Shown here in pieces: positions 8,293-17,638 of a stretch of DNA of 34,245 nt. Made by a program: the position numbers and the translations under genes. The stretch lies in the NCBI GenBank assembly GCA_963663405.2, contig CAXXSM010000010.1, forward strand, positions 1-34,245, written 5' to 3'. The notes under the pieces are model-generated. The model was not told the DNA's origin and searched no databases. It worked only from the letters and a program-made list of their open reading frames with translations. Source of the stretch: a bacterium (GTDB taxonomy: Bacteria > Hinthialibacterota > Hinthialibacteria > Hinthialibacterales > Hinthialibacteraceae). Position 1 is the first letter of the stretch; every line of letters starts with the position of its first letter.

Positions 8293-8883
8293 ATGTATAA
8301 GGAAAGTTTTACTCTGATTGAACTCCTTATTGTTGTGGCGATCATTGGAATCCTGGCGGCGATCGCCGTGCCGAATTTCATCAATGCGCAGATTCGGGCG
8401 AAAGTGGCGAAGGTTGTGTCGGAAGAGAACTCGATTAAAAACGCGTATACCCAATATTATATGGATCAAAACGCCTGGCCTCCACACATGGATGGAGACG
8501 ACGCGCAGCACCGGTATGTCACGACGCCTATCGCGTATCTGACGACATCCATTTTCTGTCCATTTTTGGATACGCATACAGGCCGGACGTTAACTCAGTG
8601 GCAATATTTTAAAGGGCAATACCATACGGAACCCGCGTATTTCTGGCATGACGGTCAATGGCCCGGTCTAGCGGCGAATGAGCCTCATTTTTGGTCGCAG
8701 CAGAAAAATACCGCCTTTTTCATAATCTCCATTGGACCCGATTATGATTACGATCAACCGGATGGCTGCGAAACTTGTGTGGCGGGATTATACAATACCA
8801 GCAATGGGGTATCGAGCAGCGGTGATATATTAAAACCAATTACCGGGGGATTTAAACGCGAGTATCCTTACTCGGCGCGATAA
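8293..8883 (+). CDS. Prepilin-type N-terminal cleavage/methylation domain protein (pseudopilin-like), paralog 1
   Basis: MYKES|FTLIELLIVVAIIGILAAIAVPNF with F1 and E5 conserved. Confidence 0.9.
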   Translation: MYKESFTLIELLIVVAIIGILAAIAVPNFINAQIRAKVAKVVSEENSIKNAYTQYYMDQNAWPPHMDGDDAQHRYVTTPIAYLTTSIFCPFLDTHTGRTLTQWQYFKGQYHTEPAYFWHDGQWPGLAANEPHFWSQQKNTAFFIISIGPDYDYDQPDGCETCVAGLYNTSNGVSSSGDILKPITGGFKREYPYSAR

Positions 8884-8888
8884 TCTCA

Positions 8889-9863
8889 TTACTCTCCTAT
8901 GTTGGCTTGAATATCACGATCCCACCGGCCACAACGAAGAATCTTCTCTTTTTTCATTTCCTCGTATAAGACACACGCTCCGGTTTCTGGATGCCGGTCG
9001 CAGAAATTTTTTATTTCATCCGGCGTCATGATCATGAATGCGGTGGATAGGGCGTCGGCTTGGGCGGCGGCAGGGGCCGTCGACCAAGCGGAGCGATGGC
9101 CTTCAACGGGCCGGGCGGTGCGGGGATCGATGATGTGGCGGCCTTTTCGGAGACCTGACATACTGAGCGATCGATTGGTGAGAACCAAGCGGGCCATAAG
9201 GTTGTTTGAAAATGGATTGCGGATAGAAATGGGCCATCCTTTTTTGCCGGGGGGGGAGTTAAGGGCGAGGATTGTGCTGCGTCCTCCATGGAGTACCGCA
9301 GAATGTATATTCCACTCCCGCAGCAGCGCGGCGGCTTGATCGAGAGCGTATCCTTTTCCGAATCCTCCCAGATCGATCCGGACGGGACTGGTTTTTAGAC
9401 GTACTGTTGGAGGGGATTTTTTCAATTCGAGGATGGAGAAACCAATGCGTTGTTGGATCGTTCGTAATTCTTCCGGGGAAGGGGGGCCGCCGGTTTTTTC
9501 GCTTTCGCGCCAACGATCCAGAAGGGGGCCGATGGTGATGTCGAAGGCTTGGTTTGTCTCACGATAAAGGATTGAACAGTGGCGCAGGCATTCATACGTG
9601 TCCAATCCAATTTGTAAGGGGACATTAGCAGGAAGGTTGTTGATTCTGGAAATGTCGCTGTTTTCAATATACCGGCTTAGTTCTCCTTCCAGCCGGTCGA
9701 TCTCTTCAAAGGCTGAGTAGGCGGCTTGTTGGGCGTATTCATAGTCCTTGTAGGCGATGAAAATTTCAAACACCGCCGCCATCGCGTTGTGGGCGAAGCG
9801 GTGGTGTTCGTTATTTTGTTGTTGACCGCTGGCCTGTTCGGTTGATTTTTCGACCTTATTCAT
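8889..9863 (-). CDS. apbE: FAD:protein FMN transferase (ApbE family), no obvious signal peptide
   Basis: LSRY...SDISRIN, AFDITIGPL, DLGGFGKG, HIIDPRT and ADALSTA motifs; likely ATG at 9863, just downstream of the cytochrome b gene. Confidence 0.9.
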   Translation of the reverse strand: MNKVEKSTEQASGQQQNNEHHRFAHNAMAAVFEIFIAYKDYEYAQQAAYSAFEEIDRLEGELSRYIENSDISRINNLPANVPLQIGLDTYECLRHCSILYRETNQAFDITIGPLLDRWRESEKTGGPPSPEELRTIQQRIGFSILELKKSPPTVRLKTSPVRIDLGGFGKGYALDQAAALLREWNIHSAVLHGGRSTILALNSPPGKKGWPISIRNPFSNNLMARLVLTNRSLSMSGLRKGRHIIDPRTARPVEGHRSAWSTAPAAAQADALSTAFMIMTPDEIKNFCDRHPETGACVLYEEMKKEKILRCGRWDRDIQANIGE

Positions 9864-9888
9864 TGTTATTTTATAGAACAGAAGAAGT

Positions 9889-10521
9889 TCATTCGTTACT
9901 ATCAGTTTGCCTCTTCTTAAGAATTGAAAGATAAATATGCGTAATAATTGCCAATGATAGCAGCAGCGCGCTGTTATGGTGGCATTGTACAAGCGCTGTT
10001 TGTCCTTCTGTACCGAAAATGGGGAACATACATAGAACGATGGATAGGAAGGTGGGTAAAGATAAAAACGCGATGAGCCAAAAAAGTATTTTTTGTCCAG
10101 GGCCGATTGGTGGATGTTGATTGTTTGTCGAATTGGTGTTACGGGTAAAAAGGTATTGTTTCTGGCGCCAATCGGACGCCGTGAAACAGAATTTATTTGC
10201 CCATAGAATCACAAGTTTTACGATACAGACGGCAAAAAAAGGCGCGGCGGCGGTGTGGATGATCAAAGCGAATCCCGTTAATGATTGTCCCCACAGAGCA
10301 GCCGCTCCAAAGCCTGTCAGCGCTAAGAGGAAAAATGATATCAATCCTACGAAGTACGTTCCAGTTTTGATTTTCGAAAGAAGTACTGGAGAGGTTGGTT
10401 CGCTATCTTGATTAAGAAAAGACGGTTTGCATTCAGCGCTGGACCGGCGGTGGAGTGAGTAATGGATCGCGATCCCTATGAATAGGATGAGATAAGCGAG
10501 TATCGAAATGATTTGAAACAT
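9889..10521 (-). CDS. Cytochrome b membrane protein (formate dehydrogenase gamma/FdnI-like)
   Basis: About five TM helices; ALTGF, IIHTAAA, GQKILFW, CHHNSA and THIY motifs with candidate heme-b His ligands. Confidence 0.75.
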   Translation of the reverse strand: MFQIISILAYLILFIGIAIHYSLHRRSSAECKPSFLNQDSEPTSPVLLSKIKTGTYFVGLISFFLLALTGFGAAALWGQSLTGFALIIHTAAAPFFAVCIVKLVILWANKFCFTASDWRQKQYLFTRNTNSTNNQHPPIGPGQKILFWLIAFLSLPTFLSIVLCMFPIFGTEGQTALVQCHHNSALLLSLAIITHIYLSILKKRQTDSNE

Positions 10522-10528
10522 GATTGTC

Positions 10529-12438
10529 CTATTGGCCGGCCGTTTTCGATTGGTCCCGGTTATTGGATAGTGTGTTGATCAGGTATTCTAGCGCTCGTAA
10601 CGTGTATAGCAACAGAACGGCGGTTAGAATTCCACAGGCGATGAGTATGATGATTTTTAAGCCTGGGCGGAATGTAAAACCTTGCGCTAATGCGGTCATA
10701 TACGCTGGGCTTACCTTCTGAAAAACATACATCGGCCGCATTGGATTTTGTTCGATCGTGAAGGGGGAATCGACGGCTACTTTGCCAAAAATGAATGGCG
10801 CCTTCGTGGAATGGCAATCCTCACAACCGCGCGCTCCCAAGGATTGCGCCGCCGGTCTGACATTATGCGCGAAGGGCCAAGTATATGGTTCTGCCGCATC
10901 GTGATGGGCTCCGGTAAGGTTTCCAGTTTCATCGAGGGCGTAGAGTTTTCCGCCATTGATATAGACCGGTTTGCCATCCATTGATTCTTGTTGCCCCAGT
11001 TTTGATAGGATCTGTTTGATATAGTCTTTTGAGAATATCTGTCTATTTGTAGATTTCGTTGATTCTTCCGCTTCTTTGATCCCAGCGGCGATTTGTTGAA
11101 TTTGTTGAATCGGAATTGGTGTGACCGTATTCTCTTTCAACGATCCCCAGTAGCATGGCCAGAGTAAGTGATTGGGAGTGATTTTACCTCCGGTTTCTTT
11201 AATAAATACGGGGGAGATGATGTACGGTGGAGCGTCATCTGATTTGTTGACGTTTCGTATGCCCAATCCATGCGCTTGGGATGTTTTTACACGGCGTGTT
11301 TCATCCATCGGCCAGGGGCCGGAGTGGCAGGCCGTGCAGGATAATCGATCGAAGTGTAAGGCTGGAATGCCCGCATGTTTTGGAACGGGGGCGGTAAGGC
11401 GGCGCGGCGGTTGGGTGGGACGTAGGTGAATCGCCTAGATGACAGCCTTCACAAGTCGAAGCGGAAGCCAAAGGATTTTGAGAATCGCCCGCTTCATCTT
11501 CGTATCCGCGAATGATGTCATGGTCAACTCCATTCCGGTGACAGTCGACGCAGGATAGCCCCGCCGCCAGATGCGCGTCTTCCTCAGACGCCCACTTGCC
11601 GGGTTTGTTGGGATCGATTACGGATATGGAATGGCAGAAATAACACCGTTCATTAGGGATTTTTCTTACAATGTCGAATAGAACTCTGTTTTTAGGATCA
11701 AAACGGCTCTCATTATATTGAATTGAAGGAGGAATCAGCTTGGTATCCTTCGGCGCCTCCGGCATCATGTAATCGTAAGTGTCAGGCATCTTGCTGGCGG
11801 AACCATTGACAAAAGCGAATCCGCTGGTCGACGCGGCGGCCCACCGGAAATTTTGTCGCGCGATCTGGAGGGCGTATTCGCCTTGATCGTGTCCGGATTC
11901 GGCGTCATGGCAGCTCAGACAATTGATCTCCAATTTGCCGGATACATATTCCCGCATCGCTTCATCAGGATCTTCGCTTTCCAATTCTCCCGCGCCCCCC
12001 ACCGGGAAGATGACGGCCGAAATGCTGGATGAAGTTTCTGGGAGTAAGCCCAATTTGAGTGGGTTGGAATGCGCCGGGCCATGACCGGTAGGAGAGGGGG
12101 ATCTGGACGCCGGTTTGGATATCTAAATAGATCCAAGGACTTCCCGGCCGACCTGACTTCGCGTTGGGATTGGTGGAATTAAAATGCCAACCCGACGCAA
12201 TTTTTTCGTAACTATGGCAATTGGCGCTGCAGGTCTGGCGGGTGGAGAAGGGAAGGAGAGGATCATCGCTGGGCGTGATATCCATGCCTTCCTCATCAAG
12301 CAGTGGAATGCGATGAATGGGGATGGCGCGGCTGCCGTCGCTCTCATCCCCCAATAGTATCGTTTCCGTCTCAGTGGCGGCGCCTGTCAATACGATTTGA
12401 CAGAATACTGCGATGTAGATCCACTTCTTTATTCCCAT
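10529..12438 (-). CDS. Membrane-anchored multiheme (7-heme) c-type cytochrome, split by two apparent +1 insertions
   Basis: Joined frames give a signal peptide, CSANCH, CLSCH, CYFCH, CVDCH, CEGCH, CTACH, CEDCH and a C-terminal TM helix; breaks at the C6 run 11995-12000 and near 11400-11410. Confidence 0.82.
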
Positions 12439-12481
12439 GTTGTTTGTGTACCAGTGTAAGTTTTTGATAATTAAAATGGGC

Positions 12482-12663
12482 TCATCCGAGAAGTGAGTAC
12501 GTTAAATTCGTAATAGAAAACAAAATACCGCCAAAAATTGAATCATATAAACGTAGTATGGAATTATGCAAGGGCAGAAAAAAACCTTGCCCTTGCCACC
12601 CAGACTGATTTAGATGAATAGAAAGTGAGATCATACATTGGAATGTAATCACTTACCGGATGA
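12482..12663. mobile_element. MITE-like non-autonomous element, copy 2 (182 bp)
   Basis: Left TCATCCGAGAAGTGAGTAC (12482-12500) and right GTAATCACTTACCGGATGA (12645-12663); same internal hairpin as copy 1. Confidence 0.6.
12568..12601 (-). repeat. REP-like hairpin, copy 2
   Basis: GCAAGGGCA-gaaaaaaacct-TGCCCTTGC-CACCC (GTGG foot on the minus strand). Confidence 0.7.
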
Positions 12664-12768
12664 AACGTAATAAGTAATACAGGATTTATGATATTCCTGT
12701 ATCTCCCCATTGCTTAGAATCGAAATATAAAGCAAATATATATTATCCCAAAGGGGTATTAGCCAATA

Positions 12769-12792
12769 GCCCAGCCTCTTTCAAGGCTGGGC
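12769..12792. terminator. 9-bp hairpin downstream of the Gfo/Idh/MocA gene (terminator or a second REP type)
   Basis: GCCCAGCCT-ctttca-AGGCTGGGC, about 40 bp past the stop at 12834; weak U-tail. Confidence 0.4.
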
Positions 12793-12833
12793 GTAATTTT
12801 ATGTCGTTTTGTACAAATTGTTCCGGCGCCGCG

Positions 12834-14182
12834 TCATATTGTATAATCCGCGGGATCGATTGTGATTTTTTGATTCGTAGCGATGGATTCATTGATTTTT
12901 GAAATGATCGCCATTGACGTCAAGCCCATTTTCCGGTGGGCAGTGAAGCTGTCCTTGGCCCCGCACGGCGTTGAAGAAGTTTTCGAGGTGCGGTTGATGA
13001 ATGGGATCACTGAATGTGACAGGTAAGTTGTAACTGGGCGGTCCGACGGATTCATCGGGTTCAATGATGGCGTCCGAATCGCTTTCTTCGGGTTTTTCTT
13101 CTTCCTCAGGGGGATTTCAAGATGCCAATTTTAACCCCATTTTTCCCAATCCGGCCGCCGAAGGTTCACGATAGACAGCGGCGCGTCCAGCCGCTTCCGA
13201 GACGTGCAGGGTTCCTTCATCGCCGAGGAAACTTTCGTAATAACCAAAATTGCTGTTTGTATTGATTGTCTGGTAGAGCGCCCGGATGATTTTCCCCTTG
13301 TTTTCGTATTCCAAGACGGCCATGACAGTATCGGGGCATTCGTGCGTATCGGGTTTGTAATAGTCCACACCGCCGCTCGCGAGAACGGACTGGGGGACGC
13401 CGTTCATGTACCAATTGAAGACATCAATCTGATGCGCTCCCAAATCGGCGAGAGGACCACCGCCCAGGTTTTTGTACCAGCGCCAATTGCGGAACTGCGT
13501 CATCGATTCGAAACCATTTTTGGCTAAAGTATCCGCATCAACTGGGGTTCTGCGGGGCCATCCACGATCCGGCATTACGGAGCGGTTCCACTGTCCATTG
13601 ATGGCGGTTAACTGGCCCAGCAATTTAGTTTCGTTGATGATGTGATCGAAACAATAATTATAGCGGGGATTGCTTCTGCGCTGGTGGCCGATTTGAAGAA
13701 GTTTACCGGTTTCCTTCGCGGTCCGCGCCATGGTTCGCGCTCCATCAAGAGAGTTGGACATCGGGCTTTCGCAATAGACATGCAAACCTGCCTTTAAACA
13801 GGCTTCCGTCTGTTCCGCGTGGCAGAAGTCGGGTGTCGCGATCAAGACGGCGTCAAGGCCTTTTTCCTGGCTGAGCATCTCTTTGTAATCGGTGTAGGCT
13901 TTATGATCCTGTTTATATTGTTTAAGAATACGTTCCGACGCTTGTTTGAGATTGTATGTTTCCCAGATATCCGAAACCGCTTGGATGTGAATCCCTGGGA
14001 TTTTCATACAGGTATGGAGTAAAACCTGTCCTTGTGTTCCTGCGCCGATTAAGGCGGCGTGGATTGTCTCCGCCGTATTGGAAGCGGCGTTTCCGATCGC
14101 GGAGGGCGCCGAAGGTGAGTCCAGCGCTGAGGGCGGCGGTTGAATGGATAAAACGGCGGCGGTCTAAATTGGATTGTGACAT
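12834..14182 (-). CDS. Tat-exported Gfo/Idh/MocA oxidoreductase, multiply frameshifted in this sequence
   Basis: DRRRFI Tat signal; ALIGAGTQG in an alternate frame; IATPDFCH, VYCESP, QIGHQRR, GGGPLADLGAHQID; HQPHLENFFNAVRG in another frame. Confidence 0.82.
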
Positions 14183-14256
14183 AGTTTCCTTTCCATTTTC
14201 GATTCAATAGTATATTGAGTGGTGTGTTTTTTTTTCTTGTTACAATGATGATTTGA

Positions 14257-15231
14257 TTACGCCAGCCAGGGGCGCTCTCTATTTAATGATTCCGGAAAAG
14301 AGCCGCTTCGTAATGATTGTGTTTTCCATAATTTGAAAGTCAAACATACCCACGCAGACGAAGTCCGTTCCATTCTCGAAAGCATAGCGGAAGCCTTCCT
14401 TAGGGTGGATCGCGCCCGCGCCTAGGATCTTGTACCCGATCCAGGGTTTTTTGACTGTTTTCATAAATTCAATGGTTTCTTCTGGTGTTTCCGCCCAAAC
14501 GCTGTCGTTTTCTGGGCATAGGGCCGGCGGACCAATAACTCTTACTATTGATTGTTTTCATATAAAAGTCGTTTTCGATTCCGGCTTTCTCGCACGCTTT
14601 GACTGTATTGATGTCATGCGCCGCCAATCCTCCCGGCAGACCGTTTTGTTTAATGAATTCAACGCATTTCGCCAACAGATCGACGTGTCCTTCTTTGACG
14701 AATTCGTCTCCCACGCCGCCGTGAATGAAGATGGCTTTGGCTCCCCGGTCAATCGCTTTCGAAATATCAGAAGTGAGATCGTCTACTTCGGCTTTGGCTT
14801 GGGCGATCCATTGAATCTGCCCGCCCCATTCGTTCCAGTAGCGTTTAATGATTCGATGAGTGTCATTGTCGATGCGGAGAATGGTGGTGTTGATTCCGCT
14901 TTCTTCGCACATCTCTAATGTTTCACAGACTTTATCATCCGTGAAATATTGCTTTAATAATGGCGAGACATAGATTAAATCCCGGCTATGGGCGAATCCA
15001 TGCTGATTAGATTACCGCCGCAGATCACTCGGCTGATATTCAAATCACCCAGTTTGCCCATTGGAAATCCGCTGGGTGATGAGTTCGCTTGTTTGCTGCG
15101 TTGGTTTTTTCCTGCTCTTTCGCCAATAAGGCTTTCTCTTCCAGGCTTAAACTTAACGCCGCTCCGGCGGAAGCGATCGCGGACTGCTTTATGAATCTTC
15201 TACGGTCTACATTTTTTTCCGGCATCGTCAT
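14257..15231 (-). CDS. Tat-exported aldo/keto-reductase-like TIM-barrel protein, multiply frameshifted
   Basis: DRRRFIK signal; pieces ISRVICGGNL, FAHSRDLIYVS, KPWIGYKILGAGAI and VCVGMFDFQ join across frames to end RERPWLA* at 14257. Confidence 0.65.
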
Positions 15232-15443
15232 TGTCTCCACACGATATACTTTTTACATAAACAATCGTAACACTCCAATCGCTTCCCGTTGACTCTAATT
15301 GTCCTTCAAACCACTATAGCCTGTCAACTCTTTCCATAAAAGCCTTTGTGAAAAGGAAATGGATTGACCGGTTGTTTTTCTGTGGCTTGGATGATTAGAA
15401 TATGCAAGTAGATTTGTGAATTTTTTTCGATCCTTTGGAGATA

Positions 15444-16223
15444 ATGATGAGACGACTTTTTCTTTTTACACTGACCGCCGTTCTTTCTGTTTTGTTTATT
15501 CCATTGGCTAAGGCTCAGTCTTTCCCACAATTGCGAGTGTTGACCTATAATATTCATCATGGGGAAGGGTATGGATGGCCGATTTGATTATGAACGTTTG
15601 GCGAATGTGATTGTCAGTGTCACGCCCGATATTGTAGCGTTGCAAGAAGTGGACCGGAAAACCCAACGAGCCGGCGGGATCGATCAGGCGGTTCACTTGG
15701 GGGAATTGACTGGGATGAATTCGGCGTTTGGACGGGCGATGTATTATTCCGGCGGGGAATACGGTGAAGGGATTCTCTCCCGGTTTCCGATTTTTGAAGC
15801 GAAAGGGCGTCATCTGCCGTTTACAACGGGCCGCGAACCTCGCGCGGTTCTTGTGGCCCGCATTCAACCGGATAATGGATTGCCGGAATTGATCTTCGCA
15901 GGGACGCATTTTATGTCACCAAAGTGAAGAACTGCGAACCGATCAGGCGAGACGAATCAATGAAATTCTTCCTGCGAAAGACGGAACGCCGGTCATTCTC
16001 GCCGGGGATATGAACGCAAGAGCGGGAAGTCCCACGATGAATGAATTTCTGAAGGAACGCTGGGTGGACGTGACGAAACCGGTTTCACGAATCGACTATA
16101 TTTTACTGCGTCCAAACGATCCGTGGCGTGTCGTGGAGATCCAAGCGATTGATGAACGGATCGCGTCGGAGCATCTTGCCTATCTTGGCGGTTTTGGAAT
16201 GGAGGGGGGACAGTCAGCAATAG
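15444..16223 (+). CDS. Secreted endonuclease/exonuclease/phosphatase (EEP) family protein, about three apparent frameshifts
   Basis: Signal peptide then LRVLTYNIHH, DIVALQEVD, GTH, ILAGDMN, IDYI and SxH.P motifs; the repaired frame ends at TAG 16221-16223. Confidence 0.8.
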
Positions 16224-16238
16224 CGCTGGAATCCAAAA

Positions 16239-16591
16239 TGGTGGAGGCGGCGGGAGTTGAACCCGCGTCCGAAAACGTACCACTGGCAAGCGCTACATGC
16301 TTAGTCTCTACGTAGATCTCACCATTTCGATCGCAGAGACAACTCTTGAAATGGCCAGCCTTCTAAAGGTTTCGCGGTTCAGCCGAAGGCGAACCGTTCC
16401 GCTATCCCCTTCTTTCTGACGCCGTCCGCCCAACCGAAAGGGAGAAGCCGGACGCGGCGCGCCACTTAATTAAGCAGCGAGAGGTAATTCGTAGTTTGCA
16501 ATTATTGTTTGTCCGCCTGTTTAACGAGGCCGACGGAACCTCGGCATGCTCTGACCAGCAATTCCGTCCCCGTCGAAGCCGTTTCGCCCCC
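16239..16591 (-). ncRNA. ssrA: tmRNA (one-piece, 353 nt); tag ANYELPLAA at 16499-16470
   Basis: 5' GGGGGCGAAACGGCTTCGAC; 3' GGACGCGGGTTCAACTCCCGCCGCCTCCACCA with T-loop and encoded CCA; tag GCA AAC TAC GAA TTA CCT CTC GCT GCT TAA. Confidence 0.97.
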
Positions 16592-16606
16592 GGGGATTAT
16601 AATTGA

Positions 16607-16634
16607 AGTATATCCTCTTCCATATTTCTGTCAA
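16607..16634 (-). promoter_or_regulatory. Sigma70-type promoter for ssrA
   Basis: TTGACA-N16-TATACT on the minus strand, -10 box ending 15 nt before the mature tmRNA 5' end. Confidence 0.65.
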
Positions 16635-16775
16635 ATTGGATTTTTCATATCGATTGGATTCGGCTTGATCCAAACAAGAGATATGTAAATACTTGACATA
16701 ATAAGTGTGTATGTGAGATGATTCATGAGAGAGATGAGTTCTCAGAAATCTCTTTAATAAATAGGGATATGGCTC

Positions 16776-17402
16776 ATGAGAACAATTGTAAAATCCCACG
16801 CCTTTACCTTAATCGAACTGCTTATTGTTGTCGCGATCATCGGTATACTGGCGGCGATCGCCGTTCCTAATTTCTTGAACGCGCAGCTCCGCGCTAAAAT
16901 CGGCCGGGTGAAAAGCGATTTAAGGAGTATCCAGACCGCAATTGAAATGTATAGCGCCGATCATGGCCGTGAAATCCGGGATACCTATGAAATTCCTAAT
17001 TATTTTGGAAACGCGAATCATGTCTGGTCGCAACTCACGACACCAGTTTCCTATATTTCGTCCAGCGCTTTCATGGATCCATTTGTGCCGATCACGAATC
17101 CTGTATCATCGGGCGCCGCAAACGAGGCGGTCGAGGTTGGAACCTATCAATACCATAATATCAAATTGTGGCGGGAGACCGACCGGGGAGGGATGGGAAC
17201 GCTAGCCGACCGAACCGCGCGTTATTACGTCCGCAGCGCGGGACCGGACCACTGGTATATCAATCATCCCATGCGTTTGATGAATTGGATGGCGTTTAAC
17301 GCCTCCAATGGCCTGCTGAGTATCGGTGATATTATAGTTACCGATAAAGGGATCCTTGGTGATAATTTCATGGGGAATTTCGGTGATTCAACATATTATT
17401 GA
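16776..17402 (+). CDS. Prepilin-type N-terminal cleavage/methylation domain protein (pseudopilin-like), paralog 2
   Basis: MRTIVKSHA|FTLIELLIVVAIIGILAAIAVPNF; candidate -35 box TTGACA at 16693-16698. Confidence 0.9.
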   Translation: MRTIVKSHAFTLIELLIVVAIIGILAAIAVPNFLNAQLRAKIGRVKSDLRSIQTAIEMYSADHGREIRDTYEIPNYFGNANHVWSQLTTPVSYISSSAFMDPFVPITNPVSSGAANEAVEVGTYQYHNIKLWRETDRGGMGTLADRTARYYVRSAGPDHWYINHPMRLMNWMAFNASNGLLSIGDIIVTDKGILGDNFMGNFGDSTYY

Positions 17403-17490
17403 TACGGGGTTGAAATCACTAATCGCCGTTAGCGAATAAATTCTGGTGAACTCAATTCAACGCGTTGTTCGAGTGTGAGCGGGATGTAAG

Positions 17491-17524
17491 CCAGGGCAGA
17501 TGAAAAGCCTTGCCCTGGGTACTC
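17491..17524 (-). repeat. REP-like hairpin, copy 3
   Basis: CCAGGGCA-gatgaaaagcct-TGCCCTGG-GTACTC. Confidence 0.65.
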
Positions 17525-17555
17525 GTTGGATCATTGGGAGATTTGATCGATTAAA

Positions 17556-17589
17556 CCAGGGTAGATGAAAACCTTGCCCTTGTTACTCT
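17556..17589 (-). repeat. REP-like hairpin, copy 4 (decayed)
   Basis: CCAGGGTA-gatgaaaacct-TGCCCTTG-TTACTCT, 65 bp after copy 3 in the same orientation. Confidence 0.6.
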
Positions 17590-17638
17590 TTCTCTTCTTT
17601 ATTAAGAGAAACATTTCTATTTAAGGAGACGAATTCTT

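Noticed and set aside
11400-16200. Programmed frameshifting or phase variation
   Set aside because: Too many breaks in unrelated genes, often in short runs, without stimulatory signals; sequencing error is simpler, though untested.
16239-16275. tRNA-like 3' end, possible tRNA or attR fragment
   Set aside because: It is the tRNA-like domain of a complete tmRNA with a matching 5' end and tag.
15993-16799. ORFs 15993-16289 and 16521-16799, and the extension of 16010-16315 into the tmRNA
   Set aside because: They overlap the tmRNA or EEP gene; the 16315 extension results from an apparent frameshift near 16175.
17491-17589. Two ~34-bp repeats about 31 bp apart, resembling a minimal CRISPR array
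   Set aside because: Only two degenerate units, the same hairpin is dispersed elsewhere, and there are no cas genes; a REP doublet fits better.
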